Position numbers and translations under genes: made by a program
Shown: positions 8,199-18,179 of the stretch, one piece after another
How the letters are laid out: every line of letters begins with the position of its first letter
Numbering within the stretch: the first letter of the stretch is position 1
Sequence record: LC768500.1
Reading direction: 5' to 3' (one strand)
Length of the DNA: 64,000 bases
Notes under the pieces: model-generated
Told to the model about the DNA's origin: nothing
Database searches by the model: none
Seen by the model: the letters and a program-made list of their open reading frames with translations, nothing else

Positions 8199-9476
8199 AT
8201 GAATTCTGTCGACATCAACACCTATAAGAAATTCTTCTCTGCTGTTGCCGCTGAACTGTTCAGTAATCTGGAAGATCTCAAAATCGTTTCCCATCGTCAC
8301 GCGCTGTTAAATATTCTGTTTATCGACGGGATCAAAATCAGTACGGGTGAACGTCGCCGTTATGCCTTCCACGAAAAGCATCTGAAGGCGGTCAAAGAAC
8401 GCATTAACCTGGGCGACTTCTCTTTCCTCGATGAGCAGGTTCGGGATAAAGATTTCCAGCCGCGACAGTATAAAGGCGTCGAAATCGATCACGCTTACGG
8501 CTATGTGGTCAGCGCGGTCCCGGTCTTCACTTCCATGGAACAGCGCGGCACCGGCGATAAGGAATTCGACAACATGACCACCGGCCAGCTGGCACGCGTT
8601 GATCAGTGGTTCACCGACTACGCTAAGAAAGAAACCGACCAGCTGAAAACCATCGCCGATCTTACCGAAGCCTGGGGTAAATTCACCACGACGGTCAAGG
8701 ATCACGATCTCTACTTCGGATTCGACATCGAAGATCATAAAATCAGTCTGACGCTGGATAAAGCACCTCCTATCGCTGATGAGATCAAGATCCTTCGTCA
8801 GCCGGTTACTCTGGAGCAAATCGCCGAGTTCTCTGAAGATGACCAGAAACACATCGCCGGTGTTCAGGCTGCCATTGACAAGATGAACGAACTCACTTCT
8901 GAGTTCTTCGGTATCGAGCTGGGTAACAAATACCTCACCCAATTCCGTGAGCGTATTTGGGAACAGAACTTCTCCATGCCGCTTCAGTACCAGACCAACA
9001 TCGTCTATGAGTTCACCGATAACACGCCTGAAACTCGTGCCCTCGTAGAGGAACAAGTCGAAAAGGCCATCAGTCTGCTGAAAGATAAAGAAGCTGAGCT
9101 GGGTAATCGCGTCTACCTCGACACTAACTCGCTGGCGACCTTCGTTATTAACGAAGAAGGCGCTAACGAATACTACGATTACCCAGTTGTCCGTGAGATG
9201 TGGTCGAAGTTCGTTCGTTCGTTCGGTAAAGCCATCCTCAACCTGATGAACCAGACCGAATCGGTTTACTTCAAACCCTACATCTCTAAGGTAACCAAAG
9301 TGGAAACCGAAGATACTGTAGCGGCGCCGGCTCGTGGCGAAACCCCACATCTGGTTGCAGTGGATGAACCGGCTTTTGTAGATGGTGATGCAGAAGTGGC
9401 GGTTGAGGGCGATTCTGCCCAGGATGAAACCTATGCGCTCGAAGGCAACGCTCAGGCTCCTAGTCAAACCGTTTAA
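8199..9476 (+). CDS. Hypothetical, probably abundant protein with acidic tail
   Basis: TAGGAG RBS, strong C-ending codon bias, Ala/Glu/Asp-rich C-terminus. Confidence 0.8.
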   Translation: MNSVDINTYKKFFSAVAAELFSNLEDLKIVSHRHALLNILFIDGIKISTGERRRYAFHEKHLKAVKERINLGDFSFLDEQVRDKDFQPRQYKGVEIDHAYGYVVSAVPVFTSMEQRGTGDKEFDNMTTGQLARVDQWFTDYAKKETDQLKTIADLTEAWGKFTTTVKDHDLYFGFDIEDHKISLTLDKAPPIADEIKILRQPVTLEQIAEFSEDDQKHIAGVQAAIDKMNELTSEFFGIELGNKYLTQFRERIWEQNFSMPLQYQTNIVYEFTDNTPETRALVEEQVEKAISLLKDKEAELGNRVYLDTNSLATFVINEEGANEYYDYPVVREMWSKFVRSFGKAILNLMNQTESVYFKPYISKVTKVETEDTVAAPARGETPHLVAVDEPAFVDGDAEVAVEGDSAQDETYALEGNAQAPSQTV

Positions 9477-9494
9477 TCGATAACGCAAAGAAAC

Positions 9495-9526
9495 TATTCC
9501 TCCTACCCTTACGGGTAGGAGGAATA
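9495..9526. terminator. Bidirectional terminator
   Basis: TATTCCTCCTACCC-ttac-GGGTAGGAGGAATA between convergent genes. Confidence 0.8.
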
Positions 9527-9543
9527 TATTTCTGTTATTTTTT

Positions 9544-10203
9544 TTACGGCGTTTGTTCATTCTTAGCGGCTATTAATGCAGCCTCTAATTCCTGAATGTA
9601 CAATTGTTGTTTGGTTATGGTTTCGGCTTGCTTAGCAAGTTTGATTTGATCCGTCTCTGCATTAGCGATAGCGTTAAGCCGAGTAGATTCAAATATTTCC
9701 GCGTCTTCTTTCGACACATAAGCCCTGGTAGGAATACTACCAATGTAGCTCTTCGCGTTGACAAGTCCGAAGTTAGTTTTCGCGTAATCTTGGAAGTGAT
9801 CGATCAACGTGTTAATTTTATCCGCCATCTGAGGAGGGCATGCCCCCAGGTCGGTGTAAACAACAAATCTTTCAAAGATCACCCCGTCAATTAGGGGAAA
9901 TGATTTGATATAGGTGCTGGGAATATAAACCGGAGATCCGTTTTTAGAGGTCAGGGTAATGATTGCCCCGTTATTCTCTTCTACGAGATCTAAGATACTT
10001 TCATAAGCATCTTCCGAAATCCCTACTGGTTCGAACATCAATCCCCAAACATCAATATTCCTGTTTCGGAACTGTGCCGCCGTACAGACGTCTTCCACTT
10101 TATAAAAGATGGACTCGTCGACCACTGTTGTAAAGGGTGTGATCGCGGTAAATTGTCCCGCGGCATAGAGTGAAGGAATGACGTTTTTATCAGTGTCTGC
10201 CAT
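9544..10203 (-). CDS. Putative virion structural protein
   Basis: Long ORF downstream of 10214-11551, C-terminal coiled coil; structural call is from context only. Confidence 0.6.
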   Translation of the reverse strand: MADTDKNVIPSLYAAGQFTAITPFTTVVDESIFYKVEDVCTAAQFRNRNIDVWGLMFEPVGISEDAYESILDLVEENNGAIITLTSKNGSPVYIPSTYIKSFPLIDGVIFERFVVYTDLGACPPQMADKINTLIDHFQDYAKTNFGLVNAKSYIGSIPTRAYVSKEDAEIFESTRLNAIANAETDQIKLAKQAETITKQQLYIQELEAALIAAKNEQTP

Positions 10204-10213
10204 GGACTAACCT

Positions 10214-11551
10214 CTATTCGGTAATAATCCCGTCTTTAATAAACTGGGCCTTGGTCACCATTTGGAATCGGGTGGACCCCACTTGAATGGTTGCGAAGAG
10301 AATATTGTCCTTGACCAGACGTTTGATCCCTGCCGGCACCAGACCGTCTTCAGTTAACACTTCTGCTCCGCTGATCAGTGTTTGCATGGCGGTGATGAAG
10401 TCGGTTGTGGCCGTAGACATCCATGCGAACTGGGAATCGGTAGAAGGGATGAGCTGATAATCAGGGTAGAGTTCTTTGATTTTAGTCACGCCGTTAAAGT
10501 TCGTCGGTTTACCGGCGAAACAGACTTTAGCGGATTTATAAAGGAAAGGAACAACCTGCGCTGATTTTATGATGTTATCTGACGTAAAACCTATGAGGTA
10601 TTTCGTCGGATTTGTTAAAAGTGTTTCGTAGCTGGCAATCGGAGAGTACAGCGAACTTCCATCTGTTTTATTCTCCAGGCCTAATTCATCCCAATAAGGG
10701 ATCGCAACAAACTGCGTCGGGTTAAAAAGATCAGGGATGGCGTTCTCCCAATCCTCTTCACTTTCAGACGTTAATGCCAAAATGGCATTTGCTATCTCGG
10801 TGTAGATCTGATCTTCCTGATCGTCGGCGTTACCGTAAACCAACACAGTGAAATAAACGGTGTTGTAATTCGCGGTGTTTACCAAGTCATAGACTTTGAA
10901 CGGATAGACGAAACGAGAGCTGTATCGGTATTCGCCGTCATTGGTTGCTGCTAAGACGCGTTGCTCGATCACGCTAGGGGTTTCTTGAGCAAGTCTGGTA
11001 GCGAGCTGCTGATAATTCAGTGTGACGAGTTTATCAATTTCGTCATCTGGAAGTACCAGGATGGGGACGATTTCACAATAAGGATATTCCGCTTCAAAGT
11101 AAGCATTAGCGAACCAGATTTTAAAATAAACGGTATCCCCGTTAGTCAGCGTCTGGGTACCCTCAATATGAGAAGGAAGATAAATGACACTATTCGTGAC
11201 CATCGTTCCTACACCGCTAAATACCACGCCAGCGGTAAATTGCGCTTGCACTAACTGCAAACATGCTGTACTATCGTTAGTTAATACTCCGGCCACCGCC
11301 TGTTGATATAGCCACTGAGCGATGTCCAGCTGTTTGTTTTTTGTTTCGTCCGGCATGATTTCGGCAACATCATCCTTCACGCCATAAAAATTAATTAAGG
11401 TGGGGATGCGATCATCGCTGCGATAGAAACCCGGATCTTTCGAATACGCTCTCGTTTTGCTAGACAGCTCCCCTAACGGGGAAACCACTTTCTCGTGGTT
11501 ATCACTTAGCGCCGCAATAGCACTAAATGAAAGGTATGAATATTTGCTCAT
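10214..11551 (-). CDS. Putative virion structural protein
   Basis: 445-aa ORF with Asn/Thr/Tyr-rich composition typical of the structural genes here; call is from context. Confidence 0.6.
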   Translation of the reverse strand: MSKYSYLSFSAIAALSDNHEKVVSPLGELSSKTRAYSKDPGFYRSDDRIPTLINFYGVKDDVAEIMPDETKNKQLDIAQWLYQQAVAGVLTNDSTACLQLVQAQFTAGVVFSGVGTMVTNSVIYLPSHIEGTQTLTNGDTVYFKIWFANAYFEAEYPYCEIVPILVLPDDEIDKLVTLNYQQLATRLAQETPSVIEQRVLAATNDGEYRYSSRFVYPFKVYDLVNTANYNTVYFTVLVYGNADDQEDQIYTEIANAILALTSESEEDWENAIPDLFNPTQFVAIPYWDELGLENKTDGSSLYSPIASYETLLTNPTKYLIGFTSDNIIKSAQVVPFLYKSAKVCFAGKPTNFNGVTKIKELYPDYQLIPSTDSQFAWMSTATTDFITAMQTLISGAEVLTEDGLVPAGIKRLVKDNILFATIQVGSTRFQMVTKAQFIKDGIITE

Positions 11552-11571
11552 AATGTCGTCCGTTAAGGAAA

Positions 11572-11985
11572 GTGAAAATGTTTCCCATAGCCAAAGAACT
11601 GGTAGATAGGTTCATAGAATGGCTCCTCAGGCGCGCGTCTGGAGAGACTTTAGAAGAAAAACAGAACTCGGCTATTCGGTATATTTCCTACGTCGCCGGG
11701 GGATTATTGTGGGCGGTTTTGACCCTCGTCGTCATCGATATTAATTTATCTTTACGTATACACACGACTGAAGGTGCTGCTGCGGCGGTTAACAAAATGT
11801 TCTCTACGGATAGAAACCCTATAGATGAACTGATTAAAATCAACCGCACGTTAAGCGACAGGGTAGAATCGCTCAGGGAAGAAAACATTCTTTTAATTAA
11901 GGATAACTTGCGTCTATTGGATCAAGCTAAGATCATGGAAGATGTTGTAAAAACCTGCAAAAGACCATCAACCAAAAAACAGTAA
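11572..11985 (+). CDS. Membrane-anchored coiled-coil protein
   Basis: Hydrophobic YVAGGLLWAVLTLVVI segment then heptad-like helix; AAGGA RBS. Confidence 0.6.
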   Translation: MKMFPIAKELVDRFIEWLLRRASGETLEEKQNSAIRYISYVAGGLLWAVLTLVVIDINLSLRIHTTEGAAAAVNKMFSTDRNPIDELIKINRTLSDRVESLREENILLIKDNLRLLDQAKIMEDVVKTCKRPSTKKQ

Positions 11986-11992
11986 TATTTTT

Positions 11993-12026
11993 ATACTAGG
12001 GATCCCAAATATGGGATCCCTAGTAT
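11993..12026. terminator. 15-bp hairpin
   Basis: ATACTAGGGATCCCA-aata-TGGGATCCCTAGTAT. Confidence 0.65.
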
Positions 12027-12051
12027 TACACAATGACAAAGGCCTTGAACT

Positions 12052-13542
12052 ATGTCTGAGATTAATCTCGTTTATTATTTAGTGAGTCGAAAAGTAGAAG
12101 GTAAGAAAACAGAAAGGGCTTGCGCAGGCGCTTTCGGTTATTCTTACGACGTATCCGTGGTGGGTAAGAAGAAGTTACAGAAAGACGTTCCGACTACGGT
12201 AGGGTATTATGTCGGGAATACAACGAGCAACGGAACTGTAGTAGAACCTATCGATTCCCTTTCTGTGGTTGTTTCTGATAGGGCTTTGGAGATAGAGGCT
12301 CAGCTGGACTTACTCAAAGTTATTCTGGAGGACGCTGTAGAACATGAGGATGTTAAGAACATCGGGTTAATTGGGAAATACCCATTGCTCGAAAAGCTTC
12401 TTACAGTGGACCCTTCCAAAATCGTAGAAAAGGAATATAAGTTAGGTAAAACGGAATTTAATAAAGAGGCGGTTAAATCTCTTACAGATATCCAAGCTCT
12501 TATGGATAAACTAAAGGGAAGAAGTAAACTCGTCTTTAACTTCACACTAAGTGTCGAAGGTGGGATGGGTCCTAAGATGGCGTGGCAGTCGGCTGGTATC
12601 GCCGAGGTTGAAACGGTTTGGGGAATGGAACCCATTGCGGCTTTATACCGTCAGCCGATGAAAACTTTCCTTAATCCGGAGAGTGACTTTAACCGTATCA
12701 TTTGCGGTAGTCGGTGGTATTTTAACACTGGCGAAGGTAACGACTTCTACGAGCTAAAAGAAGGATACCGCCGGTATGGTTTCGGTAAAGTCGAGAAAGA
12801 TAAGAAGTATTACGGTAAGCTCACTCCAGATGTGACTTATTCCTCTTTCTACACACAGACACCGATAGCACTGTTGGATAAGCTTTACGACTATACCGAG
12901 AAAAGGACACATAACCCTAAAGGGTTGATGCTCGCCGGGAACATGCAGTTCGTCAGATCTAAGGAAATAGCCAGGCTTATCGATAACTGCCCTGGGGTGG
13001 TGAGAGAAAAGGACTTGATCGTTCCGTTTAGAATGGGTTCTCAGGACGAGCCTACTTTAGTAGAGCTGATTGACCCGCCTGGACTCACTTACCGCATCTC
13101 CGACGTCATGGAAGAACATGACATTATCTTACACAGTTTCTTAAATAAAGACGAGTTCAATAAATTCGGTCAATATCAAAAGTTCTACGATATAACAAAT
13201 ATCATTTTTGAGAAACTCCCAAATAAAAAAGGGGAGATCAAGTTAAAGCTTCAGCCAGACTTCACTCAAAACACCCAAACGTTTAAAGTCAACGTAGAAC
13301 ACCGCAAAGCGGTTAAAGCAGTACCTATAACGTTGAGCGTCGGATACGATTTACCAGAGCGAAATGCATTTAACTCAGTAAAGGATCCCGATGTTCAAGT
13401 TTGGGTTAACATTGACGAAGCCAACGACGGATGTTTGATCTACCGCATCATTGTTAAAGCGGAAGACTGGATTTACATACATGCGTCTGGATGCGCTAAT
13501 GTAAGGGTCTTGAATAAAGCCGAGCTAGGTAGAAAAGATTAA
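12052..13542 (+). CDS. RNase H-like protein (phiKZ gp155-like position), catalytic acids apparently degenerate
   Basis: AFGYSY strand, ALEIEA helix and GGMG...A..AG motif; synteny with uvsX and vRNAP beta-C. Confidence 0.55.
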   Translation: MSEINLVYYLVSRKVEGKKTERACAGAFGYSYDVSVVGKKKLQKDVPTTVGYYVGNTTSNGTVVEPIDSLSVVVSDRALEIEAQLDLLKVILEDAVEHEDVKNIGLIGKYPLLEKLLTVDPSKIVEKEYKLGKTEFNKEAVKSLTDIQALMDKLKGRSKLVFNFTLSVEGGMGPKMAWQSAGIAEVETVWGMEPIAALYRQPMKTFLNPESDFNRIICGSRWYFNTGEGNDFYELKEGYRRYGFGKVEKDKKYYGKLTPDVTYSSFYTQTPIALLDKLYDYTEKRTHNPKGLMLAGNMQFVRSKEIARLIDNCPGVVREKDLIVPFRMGSQDEPTLVELIDPPGLTYRISDVMEEHDIILHSFLNKDEFNKFGQYQKFYDITNIIFEKLPNKKGEIKLKLQPDFTQNTQTFKVNVEHRKAVKAVPITLSVGYDLPERNAFNSVKDPDVQVWVNIDEANDGCLIYRIIVKAEDWIYIHASGCANVRVLNKAELGRKD

Positions 13543-13552
13543 CTTGGTTGAA

Positions 13553-13588
13553 TATAACAGTTAGGGTCGTGAGACCCTAACTGTTATA
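13553..13588. terminator. Bidirectional terminator
   Basis: TATAACAGTTAGGGTC-gtga-GACCCTAACTGTTATA (16 bp) between convergent genes. Confidence 0.8.
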
Positions 13589-13592
13589 CTGT

Positions 13593-14390
13593 TTACTTTA
13601 ATTTACCCAGTTCTGCTGTTTGAGATTCAAAAACAGCGGTCAGTTCATTTAAGAGAACCAGCCCAGCACCAGTAACATTAATCAACGTATTATACGTATT
13701 AATGGTATCCTGGAGCGTTTTTAAACTATCCTTGTCGAAGACCAACTGGGACGTTTTGATCTTGTCAACGATAATATTTCCCAGATGATAGACTTCGTCA
13801 ATGCGATCAGCGAGGGAACGAATGTCAGAGGACTTAATACCAGATACCGCTCCATTGAAATGCTCGACAGTATCGTAGAAGGATTTGAATGAATCGTAAT
13901 ACTGGTTAAGCCGATGATGAGTATTACGAGAAGACTGGATCCCTTCCATAAAGGACTGCAGATCGTTGGCCAGTGTATCCGTCTTACTCACACTGAACCA
14001 GAACGAAGAACCGACTGTCCCCGTCTTAGCAACGTCTTTCAGCCACTTGTAAATGCGACCGGATTCTGTTAACGCGGTAGAAAGCAGCAGCGCGGTGGAA
14101 GAAACCATTTTAACATAATAGCTCCATTCGGTTTTCTCCGGATCAAAATAAGCTGGGCCGGTCAAAGGAACCATTGTATGTTTAAAGTAATTTACTGTGG
14201 CGAGGTGTTTGGCTGTCTTGCCGTAATCGATGGTGTGGGCCGATGATTTAAGTTGACGAAACGCCTCTTTAAATCCACGTGATATTTCGGTCATTTTAAG
14301 TGAAAGAGACTCACCGACAGAAAGTTTTTCAGAACCGTCTATACCGAAAATAACAGGTTGCTTAACCTGTTCGATAAAACTGTTATTCAT
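13593..14390 (-). CDS. Putative virion protein (phiKZ gp153-like position)
   Basis: Helical 265-aa ORF between the RNase H-like gene and uvsX. Confidence 0.55.
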   Translation of the reverse strand: MNNSFIEQVKQPVIFGIDGSEKLSVGESLSLKMTEISRGFKEAFRQLKSSAHTIDYGKTAKHLATVNYFKHTMVPLTGPAYFDPEKTEWSYYVKMVSSTALLLSTALTESGRIYKWLKDVAKTGTVGSSFWFSVSKTDTLANDLQSFMEGIQSSRNTHHRLNQYYDSFKSFYDTVEHFNGAVSGIKSSDIRSLADRIDEVYHLGNIIVDKIKTSQLVFDKDSLKTLQDTINTYNTLINVTGAGLVLLNELTAVFESQTAELGKLK

Positions 14391-14449
14391 TACTGGCGCT
14401 CCGTATTATTAGGTCAATAGCGTTTTTCATAGAATCCAAGAGGTAAACG

Positions 14450-15904
14450 ATGAGTACCCCTTTTCAATTTTTACAAAATGTAAAAAGCAGCCCGATGGTT
14501 CACATCGGTTTTAACTATAGTCCGCTTTTTGATATGATCAATGGCCGGTTCTTTAAGGGATACGATGAACAGTATTACCTGAACGGTGGGATCATGGACA
14601 ACAACGCCACAGTAGGAGGAAGCAACACGCAGAAAACCGGACAGTTGGTATTTGCCTGCCGTCGTTTCCTGCAACGTTTCCCTATGGGGGTAATCATCTA
14701 TGTTGACAGCGAGTCCACGTTAGACATTGGACGATTGGCTGATGCTGTCGATGCTGATTTCGGTATCCCTGGGTACTTCTACGATGAGATCTTCGACAAA
14801 CGGTTCATCTATAAAACGAGTAAAGATGAATTCGATGGCACCGCTTTCCACAACCTCATCAAAGACGCTTACAACAACTTCAAGGACAACAAAGATAACC
14901 CGGACATGTATGTCCAAACTCCGTTCCTGGATAAAGAAAATAAACGGATCAAATGTATTGCGCCGATCATGGTTATCTGTGATTCTTTAAGCGACCTTCG
15001 TTTCACCGAGGCTTCCGCCAAATTCACAGAAGGTGATGTGGACGAGGGTGGTAAGAAACGCACTCGTGATATGGAGTTCGGTAACCTCAAACGCGTTGTC
15101 TTTGAAGACTCCAGCAACCTGGGTGGCATCGCCGGCCTCAGACTGTGGTGGGTGGGTCAGATCGCCGACATGATTAACATGGACGGTAAGCCGATGGAGA
15201 AACAATCCACCTTCATCCGCCCAGGTAAGAAGATCGCCAAGTGTCCTAAAGCGATTCTCCAGCTCCCGAGCATCGGTTATGAGATCATTAAAGGCAGTGG
15301 GTTGAAAGTCGATCAAGAATGGATGTACCCGAATCCATTCGGTCGCGATGTTGTTATCGACGCCGACGCCAGAGAAAACCCGGATTTATTACTTTACAGC
15401 TTTACAATGTATCGTAATAAAGGCGGGAGTTCCGGACTACAATGTTCTTTCATCGGTTCTCAGTCAGACGGGATCCAGGAAGGGCTGAGCATGTATCACA
15501 CCATTAAAACCGACGGTTATTTCGGTTTAAGTGTGGGCAGCAAGGTCAGTCACGCTTGTGACCTCATGCCGGACCTTAAAGTTGGCCGAACCACCATTCG
15601 TAAAATCGTCAATGAGAACCACCAATTCTACAGGGCGATCACTATCTGTTACCAGATGTGGTTCATGCAGAACTATTGGATGCGTTTGGATCACAAATAC
15701 CGCATGACGCCAGCCGAATTATATGCGAAGGTGGCTGAAGCCGGTTACGACTGGACAGAATTATTGGAAAACTCCGTCGATTACTGGCACCTCAACCCGG
15801 ACATCAAGAAACATACTCTGACCACCATGCAGCTGTTGGCTGTTGCGTGTGGAGAAGGTTCTATTCCGTGGGCTTCTAATCGTTTATTAAAGCAAGCGGC
15901 ATAA
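14450..15904 (+). CDS. uvsX: UvsX/RecA-like recombinase
   Basis: Atypical Walker A GGSNTQKT (T4 UvsX also lacks the G before K), YVDSES, Walker B VICDSLS, YRNKGGSSG; gp152-like synteny. Confidence 0.8.
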   Translation: MSTPFQFLQNVKSSPMVHIGFNYSPLFDMINGRFFKGYDEQYYLNGGIMDNNATVGGSNTQKTGQLVFACRRFLQRFPMGVIIYVDSESTLDIGRLADAVDADFGIPGYFYDEIFDKRFIYKTSKDEFDGTAFHNLIKDAYNNFKDNKDNPDMYVQTPFLDKENKRIKCIAPIMVICDSLSDLRFTEASAKFTEGDVDEGGKKRTRDMEFGNLKRVVFEDSSNLGGIAGLRLWWVGQIADMINMDGKPMEKQSTFIRPGKKIAKCPKAILQLPSIGYEIIKGSGLKVDQEWMYPNPFGRDVVIDADARENPDLLLYSFTMYRNKGGSSGLQCSFIGSQSDGIQEGLSMYHTIKTDGYFGLSVGSKVSHACDLMPDLKVGRTTIRKIVNENHQFYRAITICYQMWFMQNYWMRLDHKYRMTPAELYAKVAEAGYDWTELLENSVDYWHLNPDIKKHTLTTMQLLAVACGEGSIPWASNRLLKQAA

Positions 15905-15909
15905 TTTGA

Positions 15910-15930
15910 AGGGGAGGGAGACCTCCCCCT
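15910..15930 (+). terminator. Hairpin terminator after uvsX
   Basis: AGGGGAGG-gaga-CCTCCCC stem then T-rich tract. Confidence 0.6.
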
Positions 15931-15959
15931 ACTTTTATTATTTAAGGATTATTAGGGTT

Positions 15960-16328
15960 ATGATTAAACCAGAACTAACCATTTTGATTGTCTCGGATTC
16001 TAACTTTAAGAATCTTTGTGATGACCCGACGAGTTATGTCGAAAAGCTCTACGGGATCTTAAACAATCGGTATAAGGTTCCTATCAAGATCATTACGGTC
16101 AGTGGTCGTTACGGACTCAGCGCAATCGATAGTAACATTGAGACGCTCGATGTTGAGGATCGGAATAAGACGCTGTTCACCCAAACTATCGAGAACCACG
16201 CAGCGGTATTTGACGAACTGCAGATCATTTCTTTAAGTAACATCGTGGATCCCTTTATCGAAGGTGTAGCAGATACCATGAGTGCGTTACAAAAGAACAT
16301 TACTCGTTATTCGTACAAACGTAAGTAG
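15960..16328 (+). CDS. Hypothetical protein
   Basis: ATG 15960 preferred because the TTG at 15906 precedes a terminator hairpin. Confidence 0.65.
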   Translation: MIKPELTILIVSDSNFKNLCDDPTSYVEKLYGILNNRYKVPIKIITVSGRYGLSAIDSNIETLDVEDRNKTLFTQTIENHAAVFDELQIISLSNIVDPFIEGVADTMSALQKNITRYSYKRK

Positions 16329-16334
16329 GTTAAC

Positions 16335-17009
16335 ATGGGTAACAGAAAAGCTGCCGAAGACGTTATTTTGGATTTCGTGGGCAAACTCACTAAAGGTGGG
16401 TTTAACCTGAAGGTCTATACCGACCTTTTTAAAAACATGAACGACGCTCAGTTTGAACAGTTTATCGATAAGATCGATAAACAAGGTGGTATGCCGCTAT
16501 GGACATCCAACTGGGATAAGAACGAGCATATCGAATACGACACTGTCCTCGGACTAGCCAAAGAATACGGGGTAGAACTCGAGACCCAACTCATTATCAC
16601 CGATGAGGACACTGGGGTAGAACTCATCACACCAGAAACTTATTTGGTTGGGATAGCCGAGATCCGTAAACAGCGTCAGATGCTCGTTAAAAAGTTTGGT
16701 GCTGCTAAAGACGATACCAGCACCGACGACTTAACGGGTCAGGTTGTTGGGGATAGCCGAGGGACGGGCATTTCCTCTCCGGAGATTAAGATCCTTATGG
16801 CGCTCGGGCTCAACACCGTGGCAAAAGAGATCTACGATGTCAAAGGCGGTGATGAAAAGGCATTGGAAGTTTATAGAACAGAGCTCATGGAGACTGGATC
16901 GACTAACGTTAACAATGCCTTGAAGCGCGGCAGTGGTGTCAAATCCCTTCAGACCACCCATTATCTGTTTAACGCCAGACACATCGAAAACAATATCGAT
17001 AAGAGGTAA
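16335..17009 (+). CDS. rpoB: Virion RNA polymerase beta subunit, C-terminal part (phiKZ gp149-like)
   Basis: RQMLVKK...LTGQVVGDSRGTGISSPEIKILMALG aligns with the RpoB C-terminal HLVDDK...TQQP...GQRFGEMEVWALEAYG. Confidence 0.8.
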   Translation: MGNRKAAEDVILDFVGKLTKGGFNLKVYTDLFKNMNDAQFEQFIDKIDKQGGMPLWTSNWDKNEHIEYDTVLGLAKEYGVELETQLIITDEDTGVELITPETYLVGIAEIRKQRQMLVKKFGAAKDDTSTDDLTGQVVGDSRGTGISSPEIKILMALGLNTVAKEIYDVKGGDEKALEVYRTELMETGSTNVNNALKRGSGVKSLQTTHYLFNARHIENNIDKR

Positions 17010-17011
17010 CG

Positions 17012-17440
17012 ATGGAACACATCAATCGAGCTGTAGAAGTCTGGGCTCAAGAATTTGCAACGCTGGCAGAAATCGACGAGCTCAAAGTTCTGCAAGATGC
17101 GATCAGTAATGCGATCATTACGAAGAGCATCCTTTCTTTTGACGAAGGCGTTTCTGAGCTCGAGCAAAGTTTATCCGCCCAGCCGGAGTACTACGATCAG
17201 ATCCATGGTGTGATCTTCCGGCTATTGGCTGAGGTTCCTTTGGATAAGCTTAAAGCTGAACTTAACGAGATCGTTACGGAAATGAATGAAACCGGGTATT
17301 TCAAACACTTACGCCCCACTCTGGATACTCCGATGGATGTTTTCTGTTTCGTTTTAAAGATCTACTACAAACAGATCATTGCAGAGCTGGGCCGGCACAT
17401 TCAAATCCCTACGAAGAAAACTCGCCCAACCAACGTGTAA
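17012..17440 (+). CDS. Hypothetical protein
   Basis: GAGG RBS, operon spacing. Confidence 0.7.
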   Translation: MEHINRAVEVWAQEFATLAEIDELKVLQDAISNAIITKSILSFDEGVSELEQSLSAQPEYYDQIHGVIFRLLAEVPLDKLKAELNEIVTEMNETGYFKHLRPTLDTPMDVFCFVLKIYYKQIIAELGRHIQIPTKKTRPTNV

Positions 17441-17449
17441 AGGATTCTC

Positions 17450-18148
17450 ATGAACACGCTTAACGTTTACACCGAACTCGATTCACTTTTTGATTCCCGG
17501 CGTGCGACTTTGGAATCACTCCTCCCTAGTAATGAAACCTGGGAAGGTGTTTACGCCAAGCAGTATAAAGAACGTAAGCTGGATCTATTCGAACGAAAAG
17601 AACTCGGGATAACCCAATCCATTTACGAACAGGCTTATGACAAAAGAGACCTGTCTTTATTCACCAACATCAAACCGACTCAAGTACTGAGCAAGCTCCT
17701 GCTGTTAGTACTGGATAGCGAACAACTGGTCGGTAAACCAATCGCTTTAAACGTCGTCAACATCACCATTAATCTTTATCCCTACGATCTTGACGAAGAT
17801 TTGGTTAACGAGTTAGAAAAGAATATCAAACAAGCTTTGGTTTTCAAAAATGAACTCACTTTTGTTTCCAAACCTCCTACCGAACTCGATGCGAAATATT
17901 TTAAAAACTTTGATAACGTTTTTAAATACGACATCCTGATCGGTAAAGATTCTAAAACGTTCATGGAATCCTTAGCGAAAACTCCTATTAAAGACACGAA
18001 GTTCTTCGTACCGGATCTTTATGTTAAACAACCGGATAACGGGATCGTTTGCTCCCCTGAAGAACTTGTTGAAAGTTTTAGTTTAGTGCTTGCGCCAGCG
18101 CTTACATTACTTTGCGTCCGACATAGCGTTTATGATTACATGGAATAA
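17450..18148 (+). CDS. Conserved jumbo-phage hypothetical protein
   Basis: AAGGA RBS; NVYTELDSLFDSR N-terminus; operon with vRNAP beta-C. Confidence 0.7.
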   Translation: MNTLNVYTELDSLFDSRRATLESLLPSNETWEGVYAKQYKERKLDLFERKELGITQSIYEQAYDKRDLSLFTNIKPTQVLSKLLLLVLDSEQLVGKPIALNVVNITINLYPYDLDEDLVNELEKNIKQALVFKNELTFVSKPPTELDAKYFKNFDNVFKYDILIGKDSKTFMESLAKTPIKDTKFFVPDLYVKQPDNGIVCSPEELVESFSLVLAPALTLLCVRHSVYDYME

Positions 18149-18150
18149 CA

Positions 18151-18175
18151 GGAGAGAGGGCATTGCCCTCTCTCC
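18151..18175. terminator. Bidirectional terminator
   Basis: GGAGAGAGGGC-att-GCCCTCTCTCC between convergent genes. Confidence 0.75.
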
Positions 18176-18179
18176 CATT

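Noticed and set aside
8307-9560. 417-aa antisense ORF (also 2450-2998, 40031-41164 and others opposite biased genes)
   Set aside because: Shadow ORFs produced by strong codon bias on the coding strand; no RBS or motifs.
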